Of a stretch of 64,000 nt of DNA, positions 32,111 to 46,100 are shown piece after piece; position 1 is the first letter of the stretch, and every line of letters starts with the position of its first letter. Both the position numbers and the translations under genes were made by a program. The stretch comes from Auanema rhodensis (taxonomy: Eukaryota; Animalia; Nematoda). The notes under the pieces are model-generated. The model saw nothing but the letters and a program-made list of their open reading frames with translations, did not search any database and was not told where the DNA came from. The DNA lies in contig OZ059899.1 in the NCBI GenBank assembly GCA_964057225.1, positions 12,338,001 to 12,402,000 on the forward strand, read 5' to 3'.

Positions 32111-35100
32111 TTTTATTATATAAAATATTTTGATATCTACGAAGGGTCGACAAGAACCATTTGAGCATCAAGAGTTTCAACAGACAACAGGTGAGATGGC
32201 CGAGCGGTCTAAGGCGCTGGTTTAAGGCACCAGTCTCTTCGGAGGCGTGGGTTCGAATCCCACTCTCATCAGAATCCTTTTATTATAAAAAACATTTTGT
32301 TATATACGAAGTGTCGACAAGAACCATTTGAGCATCAAGAGTTTCAACAGACAACAGGTGAGATGGCCGAGCGGTCTAAGGCGCTGGTTTAAGGCACCAG
32401 TCTCTTCGGAGGCGTGGGTTCGAATCCCACTCTCATCAGAATCCTTTTATTGTATAAAACATTTTGATATATACGAAGGGTCGACAAGAACCATTTGAAC
32501 ATCAAGAGTTTCAACTGACAACAGGTGAGATGGCCGAGCGGTCTAAATCGCTGGTTTAAGGCACCAGTCTCTTCGGAGGCGTGGGTTCGAATCCCACTCT
32601 CATCAGAATCCTTTTATTGTATAAAACATTTTGATATATACGAAGGGTCGATCGGGATCATTTGATTATCAAGAGTTTCAACAGACAACAGGTGAGATGG
32701 CCGAGCGGTCTAAATCGCTGGTTTAAGGCACCAGTCTCTTCGGAGGCGTGGGTTCGAATCCCACTCTCATCAGAATCCTTTTATTGTATAAAACATTTTG
32801 ATATATACGAAGGGTCGACAAGAACCATTTGAGCATCAAGAGTTTCAACAGACAACAGGTGAGATGGCCGAGCGGTCTAAGGCGCTGGTTTAAGGCACCA
32901 GTCTCTTCGGAGGCGTGGGTTCGAATCCCACTCTCATCAGAATCCTTTTATTGTATAAAACATTTTGATATATACGAAGGGTCGATCGGGATCATTTGAG
33001 CATCAAGAGTTTCAACAGACAACAGGTGAGATGGCCGAGCGGTCTAAGGCGCTGGTTTAAGGCACCAGTCTCTTCGGAGGCGTGGGTTCGAATCCCACTC
33101 TCATCAGAATCCTTTTATTATATAAAATATTTTGTTATCTACGAAGGGTCGACAAGAACCATTTGAGCATCAAGAGTTTCAACAGACAACAGGTGAGATG
33201 GCCGAGCGGTCTAAGGCGCTGGTTTAAGGCACCAGTCTCTTCGGAGGCGTGGGTTTGAATCCCACTCTCATCAGAATCCTTTTATTATATAAAATATTTT
33301 GATATCTACGAAGGGTCGACAAGAACCATTTGAGCATCAAGAGTTTCAACAGACAACAGGTGAGATGGCCGAGCGGTCTAAGGCGCTGGTTTAAGGCACC
33401 AGTCTCTTCGGAGGCGTGGGTTCGAATCCCACTCTCATCAGAATCCTTTTATTGTATAAAACATTTTGATATATACGAAGGGTCGATCGGGATCATTTGA
33501 TTATCAAGAGTTTCAACAGACAACAGGTGAGATGGCCGAGCGGTCTAAGGCGCTGGTTTAAGGCACCAGTCTCTTCGGAGGCGTGGGTTCGAATCCCACT
33601 CTCATCAGAATCCTTTTATTGTATAAAACATTTTGATATATACGAAGGGTCGACAAGAACCATTTGAACATCAAGAGTTTCAACTGACAACAGGTGAGAT
33701 GGCCGAGCGGTCTAAGGCGCTGGTTTAAGGCACCAGTCTCTTCGGAGGCGTGGGTTCGAATCCCACTCTCATCAGAATCCTTTTATTATATAAAACATTT
33801 TGATATCTACGAAGGGTCGACAAGAACCATTTGAGCATCAAGAGTTTCAACAGACAACAGGTGAGATGGCCGAGCGGTCTAAGGCGCTGGTTTAAGGCAC
33901 CAGTCTCTTCGGAGGCGTGGGTTCGAATCCCACTCTCATCAGAATCCTTTTATTGTAAAAAACATTTTGATATATACGAAGGGTCGATCGGGATCATTTG
34001 ATTATCAAGAGTTTCAACTGACAACAGGTGAGATGGCCGAGCGGTCTAAGGCGCTGGTTTAAGGCACCAGTCTCTTCGGAGGCGTGGGTTCGAATCCCAC
34101 TCTCATCAGAATCCTTTTATTATATAAAATATTTTGTTATCTACGAAGGGTCGACAAGAACCATTTGAGCATCAAGAGTTTCAACAGACAACAGGTGAGA
34201 TGGCCGAGCGGTCTAAGGCGCTGGTTTAAGGCACCAGTCTCTTCGGAGGCGTGGGTTTGAATCCCACTCTCATCAGAATCCTTTTATTATATAAAATATT
34301 TTGATATCTACGAAGGGTCGACAAGAACCATTTGAGCATCAAGAGTTTCAACAGACAACAGGTGAGATGGCCGAGCGGTCTAAGGCGCTGGTTTAAGGCA
34401 CCAGTCTCTTCGGAGGCGTGGGTTCGAATCCCACTCTCATCAGAATCCTTTTATTGTATAAAACATTTTGATATATACGAAGGGTCGATCGGGATCATTT
34501 GATTATCAAGAGTTTCAACAGACAACAGGTGAGATGGCCGAGCGGTCTAAGGCGCTGGTTTAAGGCACCAGTCTCTTCGGAGGCGTGGGTTCGAATCCCA
34601 CTCTCATCAGAATCCTTTTATTGTATAAAACATTTTGATATATACGAAGGGTCGACAAGAACCATTTGAACATCAAGAGTTTCAACTGACAACAGGTGAG
34701 ATGGCCGAGCGGTCTAAGGCGCTGGTTTAAGGCACCAGTCTCTTCGGAGGCGTGGGTTCGAATCCCACTCTCATCAGAATCCTTTTATTATATAAAACAT
34801 TTTGATATCTACGAAGGGTCGACAAGAACCATTTGAGCATCAAGAGTTTCAACAGACAACAGGTGAGATGGCCGAGCGGTCTAAGGCGCTGGTTTAAGGC
34901 ACCAGTCTCTTCGGAGGCGTGGGTTCGAATCCCACTCTCATCAGAATCCTTTTATTGTAAAAACCATTTTGATATATACGAAGGGTCGATCGGGATCATT
35001 TGATTATCAAGAGTTTCAACTGACAACAGGTGAGATGGCCGAGCGGTCTAAGGCGCTGGTTTAAGGCACCAGTCTCTTCGGAGGCGTGGGTTCGAATCCC

Positions 35101-36813
35101 ACTCTCATCAGAATCCTTTTATTATATAAAACATTTTGTTATATACGAAGTGTCGACAAGAACCATTTGAGCATCAAGAGTTTCAACAGACAACAGGTGA
35201 GATGGCCGAGCGGTCTAAGGCGCTGGTTTAAGGCACCAGTCTCTTCGGAGGCGTGGGTTCGAATCCCACTCTCATCAGAATCCTTTTATTGTATAAAACA
35301 TTTTGATATATACGAAGGGTCGATCGGGATCATTTGATTATCAAGAGTTTCAACAGACAACAGGTGAGATGGCCGAGCGGTCTAAGGCGCTGGTTTAAGG
35401 CACCAGTCTCTTCGGAGGCGTGGGTTCGAATCCCACTCTCATCAGAATCCTTTTATTGTATAAAACATTTTGATATATACGAAGGGTCGACAAGAACCAT
35501 TTGAGCATCAAGAGTTTCAACAGACAACAGGTGAGATGGCCGAGCGGTCTAAGGCGCTGGTTTAAGGCACCAGTCTCTTCGGAGGCGTGGGTTCGAATCC
35601 CACTCTCATCAGAATCCTTTTATTGTATAAAACATTTTGATATATACGAAGGGTCGACAAGAACCATTTGAGCATCAAGAGTTTCAACAGACAACAGGTG
35701 AGATGGCCGAGCGGTCTAAGGCGCTGGTTTAAGGCACCAGTCTCTTCGGAGGCGTGGGTTCGAATCCCACTCTCATCAGAATCCTTTTATTATATAAAAC
35801 ATTTTGTTATATACGAAGTGTCGACAAGAACCATTTGAGCATCAAGAGTTTCAACAGACAACAGGTGAGATGGCCGAGCGGTCTAAGGCGCTGGTTTAAG
35901 GCACCAGTCTCTTCGGAGGCGTGGGTTCGAATCCCACTCTCATCAGAATCCTTTTATTGTATAAAACATTTTGATATATACGAAGGGTCGATCGGGATCA
36001 TTTGATTATCAAGAGTTTCAACAGACAACAGGTGAGATGGCCGAGCGGTCTAAGGCGCTGGTTTAAGGCACCAGTCTCTTCGGAGGCGTGGGTTTGAATC
36101 CCACTCTCATCAGAATCCTTTTATTATATAAAATATTTTGATATCTACGAAGGGTCGACAAGAACCATTTGAGCATCAAGAGTTTCAACAGACAACAGGT
36201 GAGATGGCCGAGCGGTCTAAGGCGCTGGTTTAAGGCACCAGTCTCTTCGGAGGCGTGGGTTCGAATCCCACTCTCATCAGAATCCTTTTATTGTATAAAA
36301 CATTTTGATATATACGAAGGGTCGATCGGGATCATTTGATTATCAAGAGTTTCAACAGACAACAGGTGAGATGGCCGAGCGGTCTAAGGCGCTGGTTTAA
36401 GGCACCAGTCTCTTCGGAGGCGTGGGTTCGAATCCCACTCTCATCAGAATCCTTTTATTGTATAAAACATTTTGATATATACGAAGGGTCGACAAGAACC
36501 ATTTGAGCATCAAGAGTTTCAACAGACAACAGGTGAGATGGCCGAGCGGTCTAAGGCGCTGGTTTAAGGCACCAGTCTCTTCGGAGGCGTGGGTTCGAAT
36601 CCCACTCTCATCAGAATCCTTTTATTGTATAAAACATTTTGATATATACGAAGGGTCGACAAGAACCATTTGAGCATCAAGAGTTTCAACAGACAACAGG
36701 TGAGATGGCCGAGCGGTCTAAGGCGCTGGTTTAAGGCACCAGTCTCTTCGGAGGCGTGGGTTCGAATCCCACTCTCATCAGAATCCTTTTATTGTATAAA
36801 ACATTTTGATATA
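32111..36813 (+). tRNA. tRNA-Leu(AAG) array block 2, 28 copies
   Basis: Gene starts run from 32190 to 36699; 4509 = 27 x 167. Confidence 0.95.
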
Positions 36814-37150
36814 CGTTCCATTCGGAAATCAATACGTAGCAGGCGGGTTAGAATCAGACGACATGAGGCTGAGAGAGGACGACACGCCCTTCATATGGAA
36901 CACAGACTTCAGCTTTGCCTTATGGAATGACTATGGATGGTTGGTCTTCCTTTCTTAGCTCTCTTTCACTTTATATCTTTATGTAGACTTATATAACTTA
37001 TTGTAATCATGTAGACATAATAAACCTTTCTTTCTCGAGTCTTATGTTTATCCATTATGCTCTTTATCTACCGCTACATCTGGAATACTATCACACTCAT
37101 CTTGTAGGCTTTATTGGTCTATAGGATCGACGTGAGAGCATAACGGAACG
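36814..37150 (+). repeat. E2 5' LTR
   Basis: Direct repeat of 39801-40137; AATAAA at 37019-37024. Confidence 0.95.
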
Positions 37151-37163
37151 TGGAGGTTCCACC
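37151..37163 (+). promoter_or_regulatory. E2 primer-binding site, tRNA-Gln
   Basis: TGGAGGTTCCACC abuts the LTR and is identical to the E1 PBS. Confidence 0.88.
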
Positions 37164-38502
37164 TCGAACATTTTATCTTGATTTCTTGACTATTTTCTCT
37201 TATATTTCGTTATTTTCCATATTTCATTGAATCTGAATTCTCTTATATCTCTAAACCATCTACTCCATGTCTTAACACAATACGGTGGGGCCAACAACGT
37301 TTAAAAGGGAACAGATGCAAGGACCACTCCTTTTGGAGATGGATTTTATATTTTTTGAAACTGAAGTTATATTTTCCCGTTTGTTCACAATTTTCTGTCT
37401 GTCTGAACCCAACAATTTTTATATCCTTGCTGTTAACATCGAATACTCTGTTACCCGAACTCGAAGCATTTTTGAGGACCCTAGGATGAATTAGTGAACA
37501 AATTCACCCAAGGATAATTTTTATTGAGATTTATGCCCACACTTTCTCTATTTAAGGATTGATTTTGGCTTCGAGGAAAGAATAGCCACGGTTATTTCTT
37601 TATTTTTTGTGGATGAAACAATTTTGCGCACCAAATTGAGATTATTTCATATTTTGCGATCAGGACTATTTTATTTTGAGTTACATTTCTGTTCAGACAA
37701 CTTTTTGCCATTAACATCCAAAAATATTTTGATAACGCATTGAATTTACACGGGAAACTTCACCTAAATGGGAGGAATATTATGAAAAGTGAATTTTAAG
37801 ATCGCTATAGTCCGAAAAATCCTGTACAATTTTACGAACTGAATTATTATTAGTGATTGTCTATCAGGTCGTGTTGGCTTAAGCATATCAGTTTGGATTT
37901 TCTCCCCTTACTATATGTCACCTTCCTCATACCATTATTGTTGTTTTGAAGCATAAGACTCATTCCTAAACACCATAATTCTTTAAATATAGTTATTGTA
38001 ATCTTTAGTCATCTATTCCTAGCCATAATTTTAAAACTAGATTTCTGATCATGATGGGACTACGGTACTCATTCGTTTTCCAAATTGCTTCCTTAAAAAA
38101 TAATGCTATTACGAATGTACATTACAAAAACCGCTAAAATCCTTTGAACATTTACCAAAGTCCATTTTCGTGGCATTTTCGATCACTCGTGAGTCCAAGA
38201 AGATCAGAATCGTCAGAAAAAGAAAAAAAAATGGGAATAAGGACTAATGAGATTGCTCAGGCATCAATCAAGTGAGCACTGAACATTTTCGAACATATAC
38301 AAACTGGTTGAATTATATACATTTAAGAATATTAAATTGGAAAGCGAACAAAGTCCAAATTTTCATACGGTAGTAGGCGGATCTCTGTTAAAGGCCACAA
38401 CTTAGATTCATTCCTTAACGCCGACTATACAAACCAGTTACTCACAGCTTTCTCACCTCTTTTCCAAAATTCCTTATCCATAACACTCATTAACGTCTCA
38501 AA

Positions 38503-39092
38503 ATCCCCCACGTTACTAAACACTCAAGGTTTTTCCAAACCAAGAGCACTACCAAAGTGGATAAGCGATTCCGATCAGCTGTACCTCTCAGTACACGAAC
38601 TGATTTTGATCTGCGAGACTCAGCTCCACTCACCAGAAGCCGAGCTCGCGCACAGAGCACCGCTATAATCAACGACGAGCAGAAAGCCGAGCACAAAACC
38701 GAAAAATTCTTTACTCCTCGTGCAGGCACTTATTCACCTACTGAACGATTAAGCGACAAGGATTACGTACCACCAGGAGGAGAAGAAACATCCGTCATAG
38801 TGGAAGAACAAACACCAGTTACTGCTAAAAAGGAAACATGGTACAACTCAAGAATCCATTTGGAAAAATTCAAGACGTACACAAAGACAATCTCATACTT
38901 TTTGAACGAAAAATGGACCATACAATCGCTCAAAACACGCGATCAAATACAACGACTTATGACACGGACGACGACAGCGATATTGAGATCATAAAAGTCA
39001 TAAATGGTAACGATAACTATGACTCTACTGAAGAAACAGAACCAGAAGACCCATCGGACCAAAATTGGCTACCACCAAGAAGAAGACGATAA
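38503..39092 (+). pseudogene. E2 coding remnant: polyprotein N-terminus fused out of frame to the integrase C-terminus
   Basis: IPHVTKHSRFFQTKSTTKVDKRF and KFFTPRAGTYSP match E1 IPHVAHHSRFFQTKSPTKVAKRF and KFYTPREGTYSP. From about 38840, VQLKNPFGKIQDVHKDNL matches E1 integrase VQIRNSSGKIQDIHKDNL. Confidence 0.9.
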
Positions 39093-39800
39093 AAGAAATA
39101 ATTTCGAGATTAATAAAATTATTGTAAAACTTTGTATCAACTCTCTTTTAAAAAAAAAAAAAAAGAACCAGAGCTATTAATATTATTATATCATTGAAAA
39201 ACTTGAGTTAGACGAGATGTAAGCTAATAATCAAAAAGCATTTCAGTTTCAAAGCATATATGATTATAAAACTTCATCAATTTCAAATAATTTCCCGTAA
39301 ATAAAGAAGAAATGAAAGATAAGAGACATTATATTGCATATTCATCTGAGCAACAGTCCTTATCAAGTAGTTGATGATTCAATTCCGGAAATTATATGGG
39401 ATTTAATTTAATTTTTTTTATTAATACAATTCGCTTTGAATACGCTGAGGAAACATGCTAGCTCCATCGATAATATAGCATGACTCTCGTTTCTCTAAAC
39501 TCAAACAAGTTAGACATGCAGCGTCGTGCCTAAAAAGCTATTTTGCGCACTCTCGCTTACAAAATATAGCCCTGGTATTCTAAAAGATTGTTTTATTACT
39601 TAATATTCATGTATTTTCAAATAATTTTTATTAAATTCTTTTCAGATAATATTCTTTAACACTATATTGTAATTTATCTTTACTATTTTTATGTTAAAAT
39701 TGTAATTTTTGATTTTTAAAACTAAACCTTCTGCTACGATTGGAACAAGCCACATATTTTGCTATTCGCGAGGACGCGACATAAACTCGAAAAAATGGCA

Positions 39801-40137
39801 CGTTCCATTCGGAAATCAATACGTAGCAGGCGGGTTAGAATCAGACGACATGAGGCTGAGAGAGGACGACACGCCCTTCATATGGAACACAGACTTCAGC
39901 TTTGCCTTATGGAATGACTATGGATGGTTGGTCTTCCTTTCTTAGCTCTCTTTCACTTTATATCTTTATGTAGACTTATATAACTTATTGTAATCATGTA
40001 GACATAATAAACCTTTCTTTCTCGAGTCTTATGTTTATCCATTATGCTCTTTATCTACCGCTACATCTGGAATACTATCACACTCATCTTGTAGGCTTTA
40101 TTGGTCTATAGGATCGACGTGAGAGCATAACGGAACG
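39801..40137 (+). repeat. E2 3' LTR
   Basis: Preceded by PPT GAAAAAATGGCA (39789-39800). Confidence 0.95.
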
Positions 40138-43100
40138 TATATACGAAGGGTCGATCGGGATCATTTGAGCATCAAGAGTTTCAACAGACAACAGGTGAGA
40201 TGGCCGAGCGGTCTAAGGCGCTGGTTTAAGGCACCAGTCTCTTCGGAGGCGTGGGTTCGAATCCCAGTCTCATCAGAATCCTTTTATTATATAAAATATT
40301 TTGTTATCTACGAAGGGTCGACAAGAACCATTTGAGCATCAAGAGTTTCAACAGACAACAGGTGAGATGGCCGAGCGGTCTAAGGCGCTGGTTTAAGGCA
40401 CCAGTCTCTTCGGAGGCGTGGGTTCGAATCCCACTCTCATCAGAATCCTTTTATTGTATAAAACATTTTGATATATACGAAGGGTCGATCGGGATCATTT
40501 GATTATCAAGAGTTTCAACAGACAACAGGTGAGATGGCCGAGCGGTCTAAGGCGCTGGTTTAAGGCACCAGTCTCTTCGGAGGCGTGGGTTCGAATCCCA
40601 CTCTCATCAGAATCCTTTTATTATATAAAACATTTTGATATATACGAAGGGTCGACAAGAACCATTTAGGCATCAAGAGTTTCAACAGACAACAGGTGAG
40701 ATGGCCGAGCGGTCTAAGGCGCTGGTTTAAGGCACCAGTCTCTTCGGAGGCGTGGGTTCGAATCCCACTCTCATCAGAATCCTTTTATTGTAAAAAACAT
40801 TTTGATATATACGAAGGGTCGATCGGGATCATTTGATTATCAAGAGTTTCAACTGACAACAGGTGAGATGGCCGAGCGGTCTAAGGCGCTGGTTTAAGGC
40901 ACCAGTCTCTTCGGAGGCGTGGGTTCGAATCCCACTCTCATCAGAATCCTTTTATTATATAAAACATTTTGTTATATACGAAGTGTCGACAAGAACCATT
41001 TGAGCATCAAGAGTTTCAACAGACAACAGGTGAGATGGCCGAGCGGTCTAAGGCGCTGGTTTAAGGCACCAGTCTCTTCGGAGGCGTGGGTTCGAATCCC
41101 ACTCTCATCAGAATCCTTTTATTGTATAAAACATTTTGATATATACGAAGGGTCGACAAGAACCATTTGAGCATCAAGAGTTTCAACAGACAGCAGGTGA
41201 GATGGCCGAGCGGTCTAAGGCGCTGGTTTAAGGCACCAGTCTCTTCGGAGGCGTGGGTTCGAATCCCACTCTCATCAGAATCCTTTTATTGTATAAAACA
41301 TTTTGATATATACGAAGGGTCGATCGGGATCATTTGAGCATCAAGAGTTTCAACAGACAACAGGTGAGATGGCCGAGCGGTCTAAGGCGCTGGTTTAAGG
41401 CAGCAGTCTCTTCGGAGGCGTGGGTTCGAATCCCAGTCTCATCAGAATCCTTTTATTATATAAAATATTTTGTTATCTACGAAGGGTGGACAAGAACCAT
41501 TTGAGCATCAAGAGTTTCAACAGACAACAGGTGAGATGGCCGAGCGGTCTAAGGCGCTGGTTTAAGGCACCAGTCTCTTCGGAGGCGTGGGTTCGAATCC
41601 CACTCTCATCAGAATCCTTTTATTGTATAAAACATTTTGATATATACGAAGGGTCGATCGGGATCATTTGATTATCAAGAGTTTCAACAGACAACAGGTG
41701 AGATGGCCGAGCGGTCTAAGGCGCTGGTTTAAGGCACCAGTCTCTTCGGAGGCGTGGGTTCGAATCCCACTCTCATCAGAATCCTTTTATTATATAAAAC
41801 ATTTTGATATATACGAAGGGTCGACAAGAACCATTTAGGCATCAAGAGTTTCAACAGACAACAGGTGAGATGGCCGAGCGGTCTAAGGCGCTGGTTTAAG
41901 GCACCAGTCTCTTCGGAGGCGTGGGTTCGAATCCCACTCTCATCAGAATCCTTTTATTGTATAAAATATTTTGATATATACGAAGGGTCGACAAGAACCA
42001 TTTGAGCATCAAGAGTTTCAACAGACAACAGGTGAGATGGCCGAGCGGTCTAAGGCGCTGGTTTAAGGCACCAGTCTCTTCGGAGGCGTGGGTTCGAATC
42101 CCACTCTCATCAGAATCCTTTTATTATATAAAACATTTTGTTATATACGAAGTGTCGACAAGAACCATTTGAGCATCAAGAGTTTCAACAGACAACAGGT
42201 GAGATGGCCGAGCGGTCTAAGGCGCTGGTTTAAGGCACCAGTCTCTTCGGAGGCGTGGGTTCGAATCCCACTCTCATCAGAATCCTTTTATTGTATAAAA
42301 CATTTTGATATATACGAAGGGTCGACAAGAACCATTTGAGCATCAAGAGTTTCAACAGACAGCAGGTGAGATGGCCGAGCGGTCTAAGGCGCTGGTTTAA
42401 GGCACCAGTCTCTTCGGAGGCGTGGGTTCGAATCCCACTCTCATCAGAATCCTTTTATTGTATAAAACATTTTGATATATACGAAGGGTCGATCGGGATC
42501 ATTTGAGCATCAAGAGTTTCAACAGACAACAGGTGAGATGGCCGAGCGGTCTAAGGCGCTGGTTTAAGGCACCAGTCTCTTCGGAGGCGTGGGTTCGAAT
42601 CCCAGTCTCATCAGAATCCTTTTATTATATAAAATATTTTGTTATCTACGAAGGGTCGACAAGAACCATTTGAGCATCAAGAGTTTCAACAGACAACAGG
42701 TGAGATGGCCGAGCGGTCTAAGGCGCTGGTTTAAGGCACCAGTCTCTTCGGAGGCGTGGGTTCGAATCCCACTCTCATCAGAATCCTTTTATTGTATAAA
42801 ACATTTTGATATATACGAAGGGTCGATCGGGATCATTTGATTATCAAGAGTTTCAACAGACAACAGGTGAGATGGCCGAGCGGTCTAAGGCGCTGGTTTA
42901 AGGCACCAGTCTCTTCGGAGGCGTGGGTTCGAATCCCACTCTCATCAGAATCCTTTTATTATATAAAACATTTTGATATATACGAAGGGTCGACAAGAAC
43001 CATTTAGGCATCAAGAGTTTCAACAGACAACAGGTGAGATGGCCGAGCGGTCTAAGGCGCTGGTTTAAGGCACCAGTCTCTTCGGAGGCGTGGGTTCGAA

Positions 43101-46100
43101 TCCCACTCTCATCAGAATCCTTTTATTGTAAAAAACATTTTGATATATACGAAGGGTCGATCGGGATCATTTGATTATCAAGAGTTTCAACTGACAACAG
43201 GTGAGATGGCCGAGCGGTCTAAGGCGCTGGTTTAAGGCACCAGTCTCTTCGGAGGCGTGGGTTCGAATCCCACTCTCATCAGAATCCTTTTATTATATAA
43301 AACATTTTGTTATATACGAAGTGTCGACAAGAACCATTTGAGCATCAAGAGTTTCAACAGACAACAGGTGAGATGGCCGAGCGGTCTAAGGCGCTGGTTT
43401 AAGGCACCAGTCTCTTCGGAGGCGTGGGTTCGAATCCCACTCTCATCAGAATCCTTTTATTGTATAAAACATTTTGATATATACGAAGGGTCGACAAGAA
43501 CCATTTGAGCATCAAGAGTTTCAACAGACAGCAGGTGAGATGGCCGAGCGGTCTAAGGCGCTGGTTTAAGGCACCAGTCTCTTCGGAGGCGTGGGTTCGA
43601 ATCCCACTCTCATCAGAATCCTTTTATTGTATAAAACATTTTGATATATACGAAGGGTCGACAAGAACCATTTGAGCATCAAGAGTTTCAACAGACAACA
43701 GGTGAGATGGCCGAGCGGTCTAAGGCGCTGGTTTAAGGCACCAGTCTCTTCGGAGGCGTGGGTTCGAATCCCACTCTCATCAGAATCCTTTTATTGTATA
43801 AAACATTTTGATATATACGAAGGGTCGACAAGAACCATTTGAGCTTTAAGAGTTTCAACAGACAACAGGTGAGATGGCCGAGCGGTCTAAGGCGCTGGTT
43901 TAAGGCACCAGTCTCTTCGGAGGCGTGGGTTCGAATCCCACTCTCATCAGAATCCTTTTATTATATAAAACATTTTGATATATACGAAGGGTCGACAAGA
44001 ACCATTTAGGCATCAAGAGTTTCAACAGACAACAGGTGAGATGGCCGAGCGGTCTAAGGCGCTGGTTTAAGGCACCAGTCTCTTCGGAGGCGTGGGTTCG
44101 AATCCCACTCTCATCAGAATCCTTTTATTGTAAAAAACATTTTGATATATACGAAGGGTCGATCGGGATCATTTGATTATCAAGAGTTTCAACTGACAAC
44201 AGGTGAGATGGCCGAGCGGTCTAAGGCGCTGGTTTAAGGCACCAGTCTCTTCGGAGGCGTGGGTTCGAATCCCACTCTCATCAGAATCCTTTTATTGTAT
44301 AAAACATTTTGATATATACGAAGGGTCGACAAGAACCATTTGAGCTTCAAGAGTTTCAACAGACAACAGGTGAGATGGCCGAGCGGTCTAAGGCGCTGGT
44401 TTAAGGCACCAGTCTCTTCGGAGGCGTGGGTTCGAATCCCACTCTCATCAGAGTCCTTTTATTATATAAAACATTTTGATATATACGAAGGGTCGACAAG
44501 AACCATTTGAGCTTCAAGAGTTTCAACAGACAACAGGTGAGATGGCCGAGCGGTCTAAGGCGCTGGTTTAAGGCACCAGTCTCTTCGGAGGCGTGGGTTC
44601 GAATCCCACTCTCATCAGAATCCTTTTATTGTATAAAACATTTTGATATATACGAAGGGTCGACAAGAACCATTTGAGCTTCAAGAGTTTCAACAGACAA
44701 CAGGTGAGATGGCCGAGTGGTCTAAGGCGCTGGTTTAAGGCACCAGTCTCTTCGGAGGCGTGGGTTCGAATCCCACTCTCATCAGAATCCTTTTATTATA
44801 TAAAACATTTTGATATATACGAAGGGTCGACAAGAACCATTTGAGCATCAAGAGTTTCAACAGACAACAGGTGAGATGGCCGAGCGGTCTAAGGCGCTGG
44901 TTTAAGGCACCAGTCTCTTCGGAGGCGTGGGTTCGAATCCCACTCTCATCAGAATCCTTTTATTGTATAAAACATTTTGATATATACGAAGGGTCGATCG
45001 GGATCATTTGATTATCAAGAGTTTCAACAGACAACAGGTGAGATGGCCGAGCGGTCTAAGGCGCTGGTTTAAGGCACCAGTCTCTTCGGAGGCGTGGGTT
45101 CGAATATCACTCTCATCAGAATCCTTTTATTGTATAAAACATTTTGATATATACGAAGGGTCGATCGGGATCATTTGATTATCAAGAGTTTCAACAGACA
45201 ACAGGTGAGATGGCCGAGCGGTCTAAGGCGCTGGTTTAAGGCACCAGTCTCTTCGGAGGCGTGGGTTCGAATCCCACTCTCATCAGAATCCTTTTATTGT
45301 ATAAAACATTTTGATATATACGAAGGGTCGATCGGGATCATTTGATTATCAAGAGTTTCAACAGACAACAGGTGAGATGGCCGAGCGGTCTAAGGCGCTG
45401 GTTTAAGGCACCAGTCTCTTCGGAGGCGTGGGTTCGAATCCCACTCTCATCAGAATCCTTTTATTGTATAAAACATTTTGATATATACGAAGGGTCGACA
45501 AGAACCATTTGAGCTTCAAGAGTTTCAACAGACAACAGGTGAGATGGCCGAGTGGTCTAAGGCGCTGGTTTAAGGCACCAGTCGCTTCGGAGGCGTGGGT
45601 TCGAATCCCACTCTCATCAGAATCCTTTTATTATATAAAACATTTTGATATATACGAAGGGTCGACAAGAACCATTTGAGCATCAAGAGTTTCAACAGAC
45701 AACAGGTGAGATGGCCGAGCGGTCTAAGGCGCTGGTTTAAGGCACCAGTCTCTTCGGAGGCGTGGGTTCGAATCCCACTCTCATCAGAATCCTTTTATTG
45801 TATAAAACATTTTGATATATACGAAGGGTCGATCGGGATCATTTGATTATCAAGAGTTTCAACAGACAACAGGTGAGATGGCCGAGCGGTCTAAGGCGCT
45901 GGTTTAAGGCACCAGTCTCTTCGGAGGCGTGGGTTCGAATCCCACTCTCATCAGAATCCTTTTATTGTATAAAACATTTTGATATATACGAAGGGTCGAT
46001 CGGGATCATTTGATTATCAAGAGTTTCAACAGACACAGGTGAGATGGCCGAGCGGTCTAAGGCGCTGGTTTAAGGCACCAGTCTCTTCGGAGGCGTGGGT

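Larger units (their letters stand above)
36814..40137 (+). mobile_element. Non-autonomous, internally deleted LTR element of a sister family to E1, 3,324 bp (element E2)
   Basis: 337-bp LTRs with no difference found by eye and TSD TATA (36810-36813 / 40138-40141). It shares the CGTTCCATTCGG...GAGCATAACGGAACG termini and the PBS with E1, and its coding remnants match both ends of the E1 coding region. Confidence 0.93.
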
